This document shows, piece after piece, positions 19,832-30,313 of a DNA stretch of 55,556 nucleotides. Where the stretch lies: IMG/VR virus record IMGVR_UViG_3300023710_000192. The stretch is one strand, 5' to 3'. Made by a program: the position numbers and the translations under genes. Below the pieces are notes generated by a model. The model was not told the origin of the DNA, searched no databases, and saw only the letters and a list, made by a program, of their open reading frames with translations. Source of the stretch: a virus. Lineage: Duplodnaviria > Heunggongvirae > Uroviricota > Caudoviricetes. How positions within the stretch are numbered: position 1 is the stretch's first letter; every line of letters begins with the position of its first letter.

Positions 19832-20253
19832 AATAATAATCATTAGTAATTATTTGATGTTTTAATTTAATACCATTGTGTTTTTGGAAGTCACCAATGG
19901 TTATAGCTTTTTCGAATTAAAGCACTCAACCTTAATTCAGTGGACTCTACCTTCGTGTATAAATTATTATCCACGCCCACTTGGGAGCCTCTGGGGGCAA
20001 CACTTACTATAAAGCAGTACGTTTCCCTGCTGATTAGAACACTATTCTACATTACGAGTCAAATAGGTCTTTCCAGTCCTTGTACGAGTCTTACGAACAT
20101 CGTAAACTACCCAGCTACGGATAGTTATATCAGTGGTACATATATATAATATGTTTGTTTTTACTTGTGCGCCCTACTGTTAAAACAGGTCTTTGTGTTT
20201 TATCTATGGGTTTTAGCCATAGCACGGGTATACGCACCTGAGCTTGTAAATTA

Positions 20254-23200
20254 ACCCAGCACCTGTTGCACCTTTAAAACCAGCAAATCCAACCAATGCA
20301 GTATTAATTAATCCAAAATTATCAATAATACTTGTTGTTGCCGGTAATATTTTGTTTAATATATCAAGTAAAGTCTTAAGACTATCACTATTAATTGTTA
20401 CATTAGCAAGTTCTTGTAAATGATTCTTTGATTGAGTTATTTTGCCGTCTACAGATTCCAAATATTTATCCAACTCAACCTGCGCCGAACCTTCACTTTT
20501 CTGAGAAGATTTATATACTTCTTCTAATAAATCTGGAGCATTTAAAATTGAAGCAGCTATATTTGCACGGTTTTTACCTGCTATAAATTCAACTAATGCA
20601 TTAGCACGATTAGTTCCGTATTTTTTATCTTCTTCCTGTATTTCTTTATATATTTTTGAAATATCTAATAATATTTCATATGTATTTCTAAGATTGCCAT
20701 TTTCATCTAATACATCAACACCTTTACCCATATTGGAAGCAACAGCGGTAAAGTTTTTAATAGTCTGTTGAGTTTTTGAGTTTGTTTGAACTACAAAATC
20801 TTCTACGTCTTCACCTAAATCTTCAAGTTGTGCTTTTGCTTCTTCCGTTGATGCTATTCTTAAAGAAATAGTTCGAACACCCATAGAAGCCTTAGAAATA
20901 TCTTGTACTTGAGAGTTTGCGGCAGTAAGTAATGCGACAGCCTCATCAATATCGTTACCTTGAGTCTGTAATACGGCTGCTGTATTTTGAAGACCTTGTG
21001 CTAATTTATCCGTAGAAATACTGAAATTGTTACCAATATTGTTAAGTTTATCAACAATTTCAATTTTATCAAGATTTTTATACGCCTGACTTGCAGACAC
21101 TAACGCTTCAGTTGCTTCATTTATATTTTCAAATTCGGATACATTAAGAAGTATATTGGAAACCTTTGCAGATTCGGATGCATCTTCCATTGCCTCTCCT
21201 AGTCTTAACCAATCGGCCGTAGAATTTTGAATGGTAAGAGCTGTGGCACCAACAGAATCTCCAACTTCGAAAGTAGTAGAAGCGTAATCTTTTAAAGAGG
21301 AAACGGACTCGTCGCTAACTTTACGCATTTCAGTAAGTGCAGTATCGTATTCACGAACTGTATCAGCGGCCTCTCTTACATATCTAATTATGTCATAGAA
21401 ACTTGCAAATGTTGATACATATGCAGCTAAAGACTGAAACCTTTGCTTAAGAGTATCACCAAAAGATTTACCTAATTTATCAGCGTCTGCGACTCTAGCT
21501 TTAAGACCGCTAATTTTATTTTGTAAATTGTCTAATGCCTCTGAAGTTAAATTGCTACTATTCTTTAACTCAGACATAATAGATCTAATTTCTTCACCGA
21601 ATTGTCTTTCGGCTTTACTATTTTGATTTACCCATGTCGCAAAACGAGCATACATATCTTTTTGACGAGTAAGATTTGTTTGTGTTTGTTTCGCAACATT
21701 TTGTTCTGCTTTAGCTTGTTTCTCCGTAGCTTTTGTAACAGCAGTGATATTCCTTAAAGATTCTTGAGCTGCTTTTTTGTCTACGTTACCCTTGTTTTCA
21801 ATGGTTTCTATTTCTTTGTTGAGAGCATTAATACGTTCAGTAGAACCTTTAATTGCTGCAGCGTTGCCTGAGACAATTGCAGAATTTAAGTTTCCGGCTT
21901 CCGTAGATCTCTTTGCTAATAAAGATTCATATTCACGTTGAGCCTGTGCAGCTTCTTTAGTGGCTTTTGCTTCAGCATTTTTCTGTGCAGTATATTCTTC
22001 AGAAGTTTTAATATTTCTATCGAGAAGATCACCATTAGCACCAACCCATGCATAACCATTCTTACCTACTAAACGATAAGATGCTTTATAAGTATCATCA
22101 GAGTCTTTTCGTATTCTTTGATATACATCAACAACGCCGCCAAGTTGTTCTTTTAGATCATCGGATATTTTTATCATATCCTCGAATTGAGAAATGTCTA
22201 TTTTATTCTCCGAAACAACTTCGCCTTCTTCTTTAATGGCTTCTGCAGCTTTTTCTATGCTTTCAGCCGTATCAAAGCCGGATTCTGCAACCTTTTGGTT
22301 AGCAATTACAAATTGCTCTTTCTGTACTGCAGATTTCTCAGCAACTTTACCTTCTTCTTCAATAGCTGCAGTAGCATTCTCTATGTTATCAACATTTGAA
22401 TATGTATCTGTGGCTTGATTGAGTGAGTCATATCCTTTTTTAAGATATTCCTCTAAAATTTCTTCCCCACCATATGCCTTTAACATATTTTTATAATCAC
22501 TAGATGCATCAGGTGGATTATTCACAAAATCATATAAGAGTCGAATAGCTTCGGCTGTACCATTGGCCTCATCTATTACATATCCAAAATGTTCCCTTAA
22601 TTCATCAAGAAAATTTAATGCATCAGAGCCAGAATTTCTTAATTGAAGTTTTTTCTGAACATGATTCCACTCGTCTTCTCCAATGTTAGCCCTATCATCG
22701 CTAGAAATTTTTATATGCCCTTTTGTAATAAATTTCTTTATTTCTTCCCATTCGGCATATTCTCCACCAAGTTGTTCCCTGACTCCCTTAGAATTTGACA
22801 AGGCACCAATTACGCCGTTAATATTCATGTCATTGCCAGATGACATTAATTGGAAAAGTTCTTTAATTTCTTCTTTTAAATTTCTAACTTTTTCCCCGGT
22901 GCCAAGAAATTCATTGGCAATTTGTTGAGCAACTTCTTCTGAAACTTGATCAAGACGTTTTTCATCAGTAATTAAAGTTTCAACGGCTTCTCGTGTTTTA
23001 TCCACGGAAGTTTCAACATCTTTATCATATGTTTTAACAGGTTCTTCATTGACTATTTTAACACTGGCAATAATATTATCGAATTTGTCAATGATTTCAT
23101 CTAACTGTTGAGAAAAATGACTAAACGATTCTCCAAATAAATCCTTCTGAGATATTTCTGTTAAAAGAGTGCATATTTTTTCAAGTTGGCCTATAACTTC

Positions 23201-25210
23201 AGATAAATCAACGCTATCCATTTCGTGCATCTTTTGAATAAATTCTTTTTCGGATTCATTCGCAGAGTCAAGTTTTTTATTTAAGTAAGCATTTGTGCTA
23301 CTTGGCGTACTTAATTTATCTACCATTTGAGATAATTCAGATGTAGATCTTACTTGTCGCTTTATATTCTTGATATTATTTTTAATATCATTTTTCTCAT
23401 CTTTATTAGATGTATTTTTTAATTTATCCTGCGCATAATCTAAATCTTTATTAAGTAACTCAACTTCTTCTCTTAATTCGCTTCTTACTTCTTTAAACCT
23501 AACTAAAAATTCACGTATGCGATTTATCTGCTCCATAGGATTATTTATAGATGCAACAGCGTCTTTTGAGAATAAAGAAAATAAATCGTCCGAAGAACTA
23601 CCAAGACCAGATGATTTATTTAATACATTACCCATAGTAGAAAATAATTTTTCTTCATCGCCAAAGGCTTTTACAATCTTATTGTAAGATTGCATTAGCT
23701 TATCACGCTCACTGGATATCAATAAATCAGAAGCACTACCAAAATTTTCACCCTGTTTAATCTCAATATTGTAAATTCCAGTTCCTATTTTTTCACGCAT
23801 TTTATCAAGTTTGTAAAACAATTTATCCAAACTTTCCATCAAATTAGAGAAACTAGATTTCTCATCAACCGTGCCTAAAGTAGTAGCAATATTTTTAAGT
23901 TGTTGCTCAATCCTTTCAAGAACATTTAAAAAAGAGGTTAATTCTTCAGAATTAAACCCCTTTGACATTTTTTCTGATAAACCTTCTCCACCAGTACCGC
24001 CAGTAGATTTGAGTTTATTTTTTAGTTCGTCAATTTCTTTTTCTAATCTTTCAACCTCTGCAACTTTTTGATCCCAACTCCAAGAGTCAATAGAATAATA
24101 TATCTCTGTATCTAATTCATAAATTCTATCTTTAAGAGCTACAATTTTTATTCGGGCTTCTTCATAATCTTTAGCAAGTTCATCATATGCCTCATTAGTA
24201 GGGGCGTTATCTATAATATTCTGTAATCGTAATATTTCATCATATAACTCATTAACCTTTTGTTGTGTCTTATCTATTTCAGAAACATCACCAATTACGT
24301 TTTCAGTAATAGAACCTTGTTTTAAATTGGTAAATTGATCTTTTGGTATATATATTTTTTTACTTAAAGATTCAAATATATCTTCGAGATCTCTAACTTC
24401 AACACCCATTTCTGAGAGTGTTTGAATCATATCACCAGCACTCTTTTGAAATCTTGCCCACTGTTCGTCATCGACTTCTAAGAATTTATTATCAGCAGAC
24501 ATATCTTTGATTTGCTGCAATTGCGTTTTAGTTTCTTCAAGAATCTTGTCTCTTGTGTTCATTAAGGCTTCTTGTTTTTCACGTTCCGCTTGTTTAACAG
24601 CATTAGCGGTTTCTTTTGCTATCTGCGTTTGTTGTTTATATACTTTATATTGTTCGTTTGCCCAATTTTCATTGGCCTCATATTTGACATCAAAAGATCC
24701 TTTTTTTACGTTTGATAAAGCTGCATTAATATTCTTCTGAAATAAAGCTTGCAAATAATCTTGCTTAAAAACATCGGATTTATTAAATATAGCATCAAAC
24801 ATATTTTGATACTCAGAAGTTATTTCTTGACCATATTTTTCAGAGTATGTTTTAATAGTAGCAAATGCTTTTAAAAATTCTTTTTCAAAACCACTTATGT
24901 TTTCTGTACTAATTTTTGAAATGTCAAAACTTTTTAATGAATCATCAAGTATTTTTTTTGCTTCACCAATCTGTTTTTTTAGTGCTTTGGTGTTCCATAA
25001 TTCAATATTAGTTCTTGATGTGTTTTTTGCTTCATTTCTTATTTCTTCAAGAGTTTTAGCAATCGGTTTTAATTCTTTATCATCCGCCTTTGGAGATACT
25101 CTTGTACTATTTATTTCATTTTGTTTTTCCAATATATTATTTAATTGACTTATTAATCCATCTAATGAAGACGTATCGACACCGCCACTACCACTGATTC
25201 CTTTAGGCAT
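20254..25210 (-). CDS. Tape measure protein, exon 1
   Basis: TP901-like TMP core (VREYDTALTEMRKVS...WLRLG...GLQNTAAVL...GVRTISLRI). The ORF runs 13 codons into the intron before stopping. SD AGGAGG. Confidence 0.88.
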
Positions 25211-25224
25211 ACATAAGCACCTCC

Positions 25225-25749
25225 TTATCTTAATCTATTTATTGATTTTTGAACCTTATTAATAATTTGGTCAAATTCATCTTGCTTTTGCTTGTCGATT
25301 TCTTTTATCTTTTTATTCATTTCAGACACCATTCTTGAATATGGACTGAACGATCTTAATGCTGGTCTTCCCCATTCAGTAAAATCTGGATATGGAGTTC
25401 TCCAATATGGTATTCCATTATGAAAAGAACCACCATGATAACCATCCATAAAAGCATTGTTAAATATAATTTCAGTGCTTTGGTGATAAGATGAATCCAT
25501 TAATTCAGGGCCAAATTCTACGCTATAATTAGTACCATTAAGAGAAACCTTCCAAGCATGTTTTAAACCCATTTGCCTATTATGATAGTAAATTGGATCA
25601 TATGTTGCATACCATTCAGATATTACTGAACGTCCTATTTCTTCTAATTCATCTCTATATTTTTTAGGATATTTTTCATTCATCTTATCTATTTTCTTTT
25701 TAGCATTTTCAACAACATGAATGACCTCTATAATATCTCTAGTTCGCAT
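25225..25749 (-). CDS. Hypothetical tail-assembly protein (174 aa)
   Basis: ORF with SD GGAGG directly upstream of TMP. Confidence 0.5.
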   Translation of the reverse strand: MRTRDIIEVIHVVENAKKKIDKMNEKYPKKYRDELEEIGRSVISEWYATYDPIYYHNRQMGLKHAWKVSLNGTNYSVEFGPELMDSSYHQSTEIIFNNAFMDGYHGGSFHNGIPYWRTPYPDFTEWGRPALRSFSPYSRMVSEMNKKIKEIDKQKQDEFDQIINKVQKSINRLR

Positions 25750-25876
25750 CTTTCACACACCTCCAATGGTGCATGAAAGCACCGTTTTATTTATCTAAAC
25801 TTGTTTGTATAATCTGGACAAACAACTTGTTTTCAAATTTAAAATACCCCACAAGTCTTAACTTATGGGGTATATG

Positions 25877-26383
25877 TTAATCGTTCTGTTTTAACAATGC
25901 CGAAAAATCAACATTGTCCAATACAGAACCCAATACTTCAGAACCCATTGAAAAAGTATCTCTAATAGAATATAGTAATGCAGAAACACTGTATTCGTTC
26001 TGATATAAGTCATCAGTTTCCATTTTTAAAATATTTTGAAACTCATTGTATTCTTTTTTAATTACATTAACAAATTCGTCGATTAATCCAACTTTATTTA
26101 GCTTGTCATAATATTCGGCTACATTAAAGTTAGAATCTTCCGGAAAATCTATATCTGTATATAACTCAACTAACTTCATTATGAAGAAAATATATGTATT
26201 GAAAGTGTTTTGCTTATAGACTTGTTTTTCGTCAATCTTAATATGATTACAAGCATTAGCGATACTTTTAGCATATACTTGTTTTGTTTCAATACCAATA
26301 TATTTTGTTTTGATATGTTTCTTCCAGAAGTTATCATTATTATTTGTATCTTTATATTCTTTTACAAAATTATCTATTTTCAT
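25877..26383 (-). CDS. Hypothetical protein (168 aa), possible tail chaperone
   Basis: ORF with SD. Function inferred from position only. Confidence 0.45.
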   Translation of the reverse strand: MKIDNFVKEYKDTNNNDNFWKKHIKTKYIGIETKQVYAKSIANACNHIKIDEKQVYKQNTFNTYIFFIMKLVELYTDIDFPEDSNFNVAEYYDKLNKVGLIDEFVNVIKKEYNEFQNILKMETDDLYQNEYSVSALLYSIRDTFSMGSEVLGSVLDNVDFSALLKQND

Positions 26384-26388
26384 TCCTT

Positions 26389-26577
26389 TTACCTCGCCAC
26401 TCTAAATTTGAAATAATAGTCATCCTCTGTAGACATTTCATATGTGTCATCATAACTATTATATTTAATTGTTATAATCTGTGGATTTTCTTTAGTATCA
26501 GTTATCATCCAAAAGTCTGATTTACTAATAGTATTGTCTCGTTCACCGAGAAATCTGAAAATCTCATGTGAAAACAT
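26389..26577 (-). CDS. Small hypothetical protein (62 aa)
   Basis: Co-oriented ORF tightly packed in the operon. Confidence 0.55.
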   Translation of the reverse strand: MFSHEIFRFLGERDNTISKSDFWMITDTKENPQIITIKYNSYDDTYEMSTEDDYYFKFRVAR

Positions 26578-26581
26578 GTTA

Positions 26582-27058
26582 TCACCTGTTATACTTTCTT
26601 ACTGTGGCAATACCTATAAGTATAGCCTCGGCTTCATCATTATTGACATCTAAATCATAATTTTCCTTTACATAATCAATTGCTAACTGTTTACACTCTG
26701 CTCGTTTCTTACCATCAAATATACCATCAAACTCTTTACGCCAAGAAGACGGAAGATATATATTAAAGTCAGCACCATTAAGTAAACACCAACCATATAT
26801 TGCACCTTGAATCCTACAAAGTTTTTTCATGACATCCGCATTGTTACCGCAATATGTATCTTCAATAGATACAATAATTGGTTTGTATTTATTAAGATGT
26901 GTAATTATATCCCTTGTCATTTCCATACTTCTTGTAATTGTGTCACTATTATTACTATGATCTAACAAGTGACTTTTCTTATAATCCCCATTACAAAAAA
27001 CTGCAATACCAGTTTTTTTTGTGCTCACATCTAAACTACACATAATAGTTTTATTCAT
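26582..27058 (-). CDS. RuvC-like Holliday junction resolvase
   Basis: RNase H-fold acidic motifs SLDVSTKKTGIAVF, SIEDTY and NDEAEAILI. Confidence 0.75.
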   Translation of the reverse strand: MNKTIMCSLDVSTKKTGIAVFCNGDYKKSHLLDHSNNSDTITRSMEMTRDIITHLNKYKPIIVSIEDTYCGNNADVMKKLCRIQGAIYGWCLLNGADFNIYLPSSWRKEFDGIFDGKKRAECKQLAIDYVKENYDLDVNNDEAEAILIGIATVRKYNR

Positions 27059-27480
27059 AGAAAAGTATTACCCAACAAATGTTCTTTATATTTAGTTTCA
27101 ATTATTTGTGACGTAAGCACTGTTTTGTCATTTTCAAATTTTGGGTGTTCTATACAATATTGATTATATCTTTTTATATCATCTAAAATTTGATCATAAC
27201 TTTCTTTTGAATGGGGTATTTTTATTCGGAGTTCATCACCGAACCTAAGAATCCGTGCTCTTGAAGTTATAGCTTGCCCCTCGTCAACCTTGTTTTCAAG
27301 ATTATCTAATTTCTTCTCGATTATTTCTGTACCATTAAGTTTACGAATGCCTTTAATGAGCCAACTCCAAGGATTTAGTTTGATTGGTAATATCTCAATA
27401 GAAGAGAGTATTACTATTATAATAACAGTAAGTATAGCTTTGTGTGAAATAAGCAATTGTACTATTCCAAGTAACGTCAT
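27055..27480 (-). CDS. Membrane-anchored protein (holin-associated type)
   Basis: Hydrophobic N-terminus, IEILPIKLNPWSW and RARILRFGDE motifs. Confidence 0.55.
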   Translation of the reverse strand: MTLLGIVQLLISHKAILTVIIIVILSSIEILPIKLNPWSWLIKGIRKLNGTEIIEKKLDNLENKVDEGQAITSRARILRFGDELRIKIPHSKESYDQILDDIKRYNQYCIEHPKFENDKTVLTSQIIETKYKEHLLGNTFL

Positions 27481-27494
27481 TTAGTCAATCTCCT

Positions 27495-27848
27495 TTATGC
27501 CTTATCTGTTCCGACGTATTCTTGAACACGTTTATTTGATTTAATCATTTCCTTAAATTTGTCTAATGCTTCATCTACATAAGTACTAAATTGTTCAAAT
27601 GATATAAATATTGTTAAATTAGGAAATTGTTTAAGTGCAAGATCATATACATATCTTAATTTAAGTTGACCGGTTCCACTACCAAGTTCCTTTTCCGCTT
27701 CCATTACTGCGAAAAGTAACCACTCTTTAAACTTTGCAACCTTCTCTTCATTTGGTTTATCACAAAATGTTAAAATAGTAATAACAACATTTACTACTAC
27801 AACAACGAGCAATAATATTAATACCCAATTACTAGCTATCCATGCCAT
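27495..27848 (-). CDS. Holin (LL-H-like)
   Basis: Single N-terminal TM segment then AVMEAEKELGSGTGQLKLRYVYD. Start adjusted to MAWIAS. Confidence 0.7.
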   Translation of the reverse strand: MAWIASNWVLILLLVVVVVNVVITILTFCDKPNEEKVAKFKEWLLFAVMEAEKELGSGTGQLKLRYVYDLALKQFPNLTIFISFEQFSTYVDEALDKFKEMIKSNKRVQEYVGTDKA

Positions 27849-28140
27849 TGTTATCATCCTCACTTTCTAATTCATGTTTTGTCGCAAGATATGTAACTCC
27901 ACCTTCTCTGTTTTCTATTGTTGACTTTGTTGCATATACTCCAAAACCTATTACCTCGCCAATAACAGTTCCAACAAGAGTGTTAAGTGGTGTATAGTCA
28001 GGTGCAATACCAGTAGAAGAGGAGAGTATTAAACTCCACGCCAAAACAAACATTGTAAAAAATTCAACAACTATGGAGTTCGCAAACAAGAAGATTATTA
28101 ATTTCTTAGTTGTTGTGAGTTTTTGTTTTTTCTTCTTCAT
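27832..28140 (-). CDS. Two-TM membrane protein (holin-like)
   Basis: Basic N-terminus, two hydrophobic segments, KSTIENREGG. Confidence 0.55.
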   Translation of the reverse strand: MKKKKQKLTTTKKLIIFLFANSIVVEFFTMFVLAWSLILSSSTGIAPDYTPLNTLVGTVIGEVIGFGVYATKSTIENREGGVTYLATKHELESEDDNNGMDS

Positions 28141-28153
28141 GTTAAACTCCTTT

Positions 28154-29185
28154 CTATATTTCTGATAAAGATTTTTGTTCTACTTGTTTAATCCCGTTTT
28201 CATCAAAATATTTCCCAATGTTTTCATCCGCAGATATATCAGTATAAAGATTCACCATATCTGCCGACTCCCAATTTACAATATCTTGAATAACATTGGT
28301 TGGGATATTGTTTTTAACTAACATGGTCGTGAAATAATGACGTAAACTATGCCAGTAAAAATCTTTACCAAGAAATCTACTAAAACTATCTTTCCAACCA
28401 TCCATAGTTTCGGTACTCATTTGTTTTGTTGGATCGTTTTTATCAGGGAATAACCATTCACTTTCAATACCTTCTTCTTTTCTTTGTTTCATCCATAGTT
28501 CAAGATAAGGATCAAATGGTTTCTTCAATACATATAAATAGATTTTTTTACCTTGACTTCCACGACCTTTTGTAACAACCTTTTCGTTTGTTTTATAAAG
28601 AGAACCAAATATAACATTCTCATCATTAAAATATTCAACTTTAAATCTAGGAATTTCAGCTTTTCGTCTACCAGAATTGCAACATAAACTTACAACTGCA
28701 GCTTGCTTATATTTTTCTTTTTCTACTAAGTGATCGAGTAAAGATTGTATTTCCTCATCGGAGAAAATAGTTTTTTCTCTAACCGGTTGATTAACTGGAG
28801 ACTCTATTTTTTTAATAACGCTTTTATAACCACTGTATTCTTCCTCTTCATCAAGAATATTTTCTATATAATTTGAAAGAGAAGATATAACTGATTTTAC
28901 ACGTCTTGTTCTTTTAGGACTCCAACCCCACGTATCAATTGCATGACTTTGAAATCTGGCAAACTCACGTTTTGTTATTTCAGTAAATCTTTTATTATTA
29001 TTATTTTCTAAATTATATACAAAGAATATTCTTAAATCCGCTTTATATTGTTCTATTGTTCTTGGAGATCTATCTATTGATTTTAGATAGTCCAAAAAAT
29101 CATTCATTAGTTCCTTATTTTCAGGAAGAATCTGTGATATGGACTCTTCGTTAGTTATATTATTATAGACAGTAGTTCTACCCAT
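28154..29185 (-). CDS. Tyrosine recombinase in the tail region (SPbeta YomM-like position)
   Basis: SGRRKAE (R), TKGRG (K), HSLRH (HxxR), NW.S..MV.LY (W/Y). Confidence 0.85.
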   Translation of the reverse strand: MGRTTVYNNITNEESISQILPENKELMNDFLDYLKSIDRSPRTIEQYKADLRIFFVYNLENNNNKRFTEITKREFARFQSHAIDTWGWSPKRTRRVKSVISSLSNYIENILDEEEEYSGYKSVIKKIESPVNQPVREKTIFSDEEIQSLLDHLVEKEKYKQAAVVSLCCNSGRRKAEIPRFKVEYFNDENVIFGSLYKTNEKVVTKGRGSQGKKIYLYVLKKPFDPYLELWMKQRKEEGIESEWLFPDKNDPTKQMSTETMDGWKDSFSRFLGKDFYWHSLRHYFTTMLVKNNIPTNVIQDIVNWESADMVNLYTDISADENIGKYFDENGIKQVEQKSLSEI

Positions 29186-29204
29186 AATTCTTCCTCCTTT
29201 CTTG

Positions 29205-30305
29205 TTATCTCAATGTTTGAATTAACCCCTTAACTACCTGCGCAACATAGTTAAGTTCATCATAAGTTGTTTCATGTCCTAAACTAAACCTTATACACTC
29301 AAGAGCTTCTTCTGATGTTAATCCATATGCGAGAGCAACATGACTAGGTTTATCAGATTCCGTTGAACATGCAGAGCCTGTACCAACACATATATCATAA
29401 TCATCTAATAAGTTCATAAGTGTCATTCCGTTTATTCCCGGAAAACGAATATAAATATTATTAGGCAACCTATGTTCTCTTGAGCCAATTAAAATTCCTC
29501 CAATGTCTTCTAACTTGGATAATAAAAAATCTCTTTTATTTTTTAATTCTTCTATGTCATAATCTATTAACTGAAAAGCCTCTCCTAAACTCGCTATAAG
29601 CGGAGTAGAAGGAGTACCCCCAATTAATCCTTGTTCGCCATATATTGTCGGCTTTATTTTTTCTTGAAGTTCCTTGCTAATATAGAGTATTCCACTTCCT
29701 TTTATCCCACCAATTTTTTGACCTGACATTGACAATGCATCAATATTCATATCTTTAACATCAATAGGATAGTAGGGGATATATTGAGTAGCATCCACAT
29801 GTAAATAACAATCCAATCCATAAGTTTTGATAAATGAACCTATTCTTTTTATTGGTTGTATTACACCAGTTTCTGAATTAGCCATTTGAATACTAAAAAG
29901 AGAATCATTTTTTTCACACGCAAACATTAATTTTGCGTTAATAATTCCGTCGTTATGTACTTTAAATATTGGTTTATCAACTTCAATGTCTTCGCACAAC
30001 ATTTGTATATCATTATGCTCAATAGTAGAAGTATATAGATGGCCATTAGGATTAGCATTTTTATATCCTTGTATTAAAATACTATTACTCATAGTTGCTC
30101 CACTTGTAAAAAATATTTCCTCTGGGAGACAATTAATTTTATTAGCAATGATTTTTTTAGTATTATCTATAATACGTTTTGCTTTGCGTCCTTCTTGATG
30201 CATAGAAGAAGGGTTTCCATAGACTGTAAGTGCTTTATTAAAGACATTTATAACTTGAGGTTTAACAGGTGTTGACGCAGCATAATCCAAATATATTACT
30301 GACAT
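29205..30305 (-). CDS. iscS: Cysteine desulfurase (IscS/NifS group, PLP-dependent class V aminotransferase)
   Basis: YLDYAASTP, GNPSS.H..G, FTSGAT, STIEH, HVDATQ, SGQKIGG.KG.G (PLP Lys), catalytic GSACS...PSHV. Confidence 0.9.
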   Translation of the reverse strand: MSVIYLDYAASTPVKPQVINVFNKALTVYGNPSSMHQEGRKAKRIIDNTKKIIANKINCLPEEIFFTSGATMSNSILIQGYKNANPNGHLYTSTIEHNDIQMLCEDIEVDKPIFKVHNDGIINAKLMFACEKNDSLFSIQMANSETGVIQPIKRIGSFIKTYGLDCYLHVDATQYIPYYPIDVKDMNIDALSMSGQKIGGIKGSGILYISKELQEKIKPTIYGEQGLIGGTPSTPLIASLGEAFQLIDYDIEELKNKRDFLLSKLEDIGGILIGSREHRLPNNIYIRFPGINGMTLMNLLDDYDICVGTGSACSTESDKPSHVALAYGLTSEEALECIRFSLGHETTYDELNYVAQVVKGLIQTLR

Positions 30306-30313
30306 TTAATCAC

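Larger units (their letters stand above)
19305..20253 (-). ncRNA. Group I intron (949 nt) in the tape measure gene, no homing endonuclease
   Basis: P1: exon CUGGGU / GCUCAG with terminal U.G. P10: intron UAAUUUACAA pairs perfectly with exon 2 UUGUAAAUUA. Terminal G at 19305. Q-like AAUCAGCAGG at 20026-20035. P7 GGCUC (19985-89) / GAGUC (19943-47). P5, P6 and P8 can be formed. Confidence 0.85.

Noticed and set aside
19320-20213. Stop-codon reassignment or frameshift as the cause of the split TMP
   Set aside because: All other long genes read in the standard code. The gap is about 0.9 kb and has group I hallmarks that restore the frame exactly.
25225-26383. Programmed -1 frameshift tail chaperone pair upstream of TMP
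   Set aside because: The two ORFs are separated by about 127 bp of hairpin-rich non-coding DNA, and I saw no slippery-site overlap.
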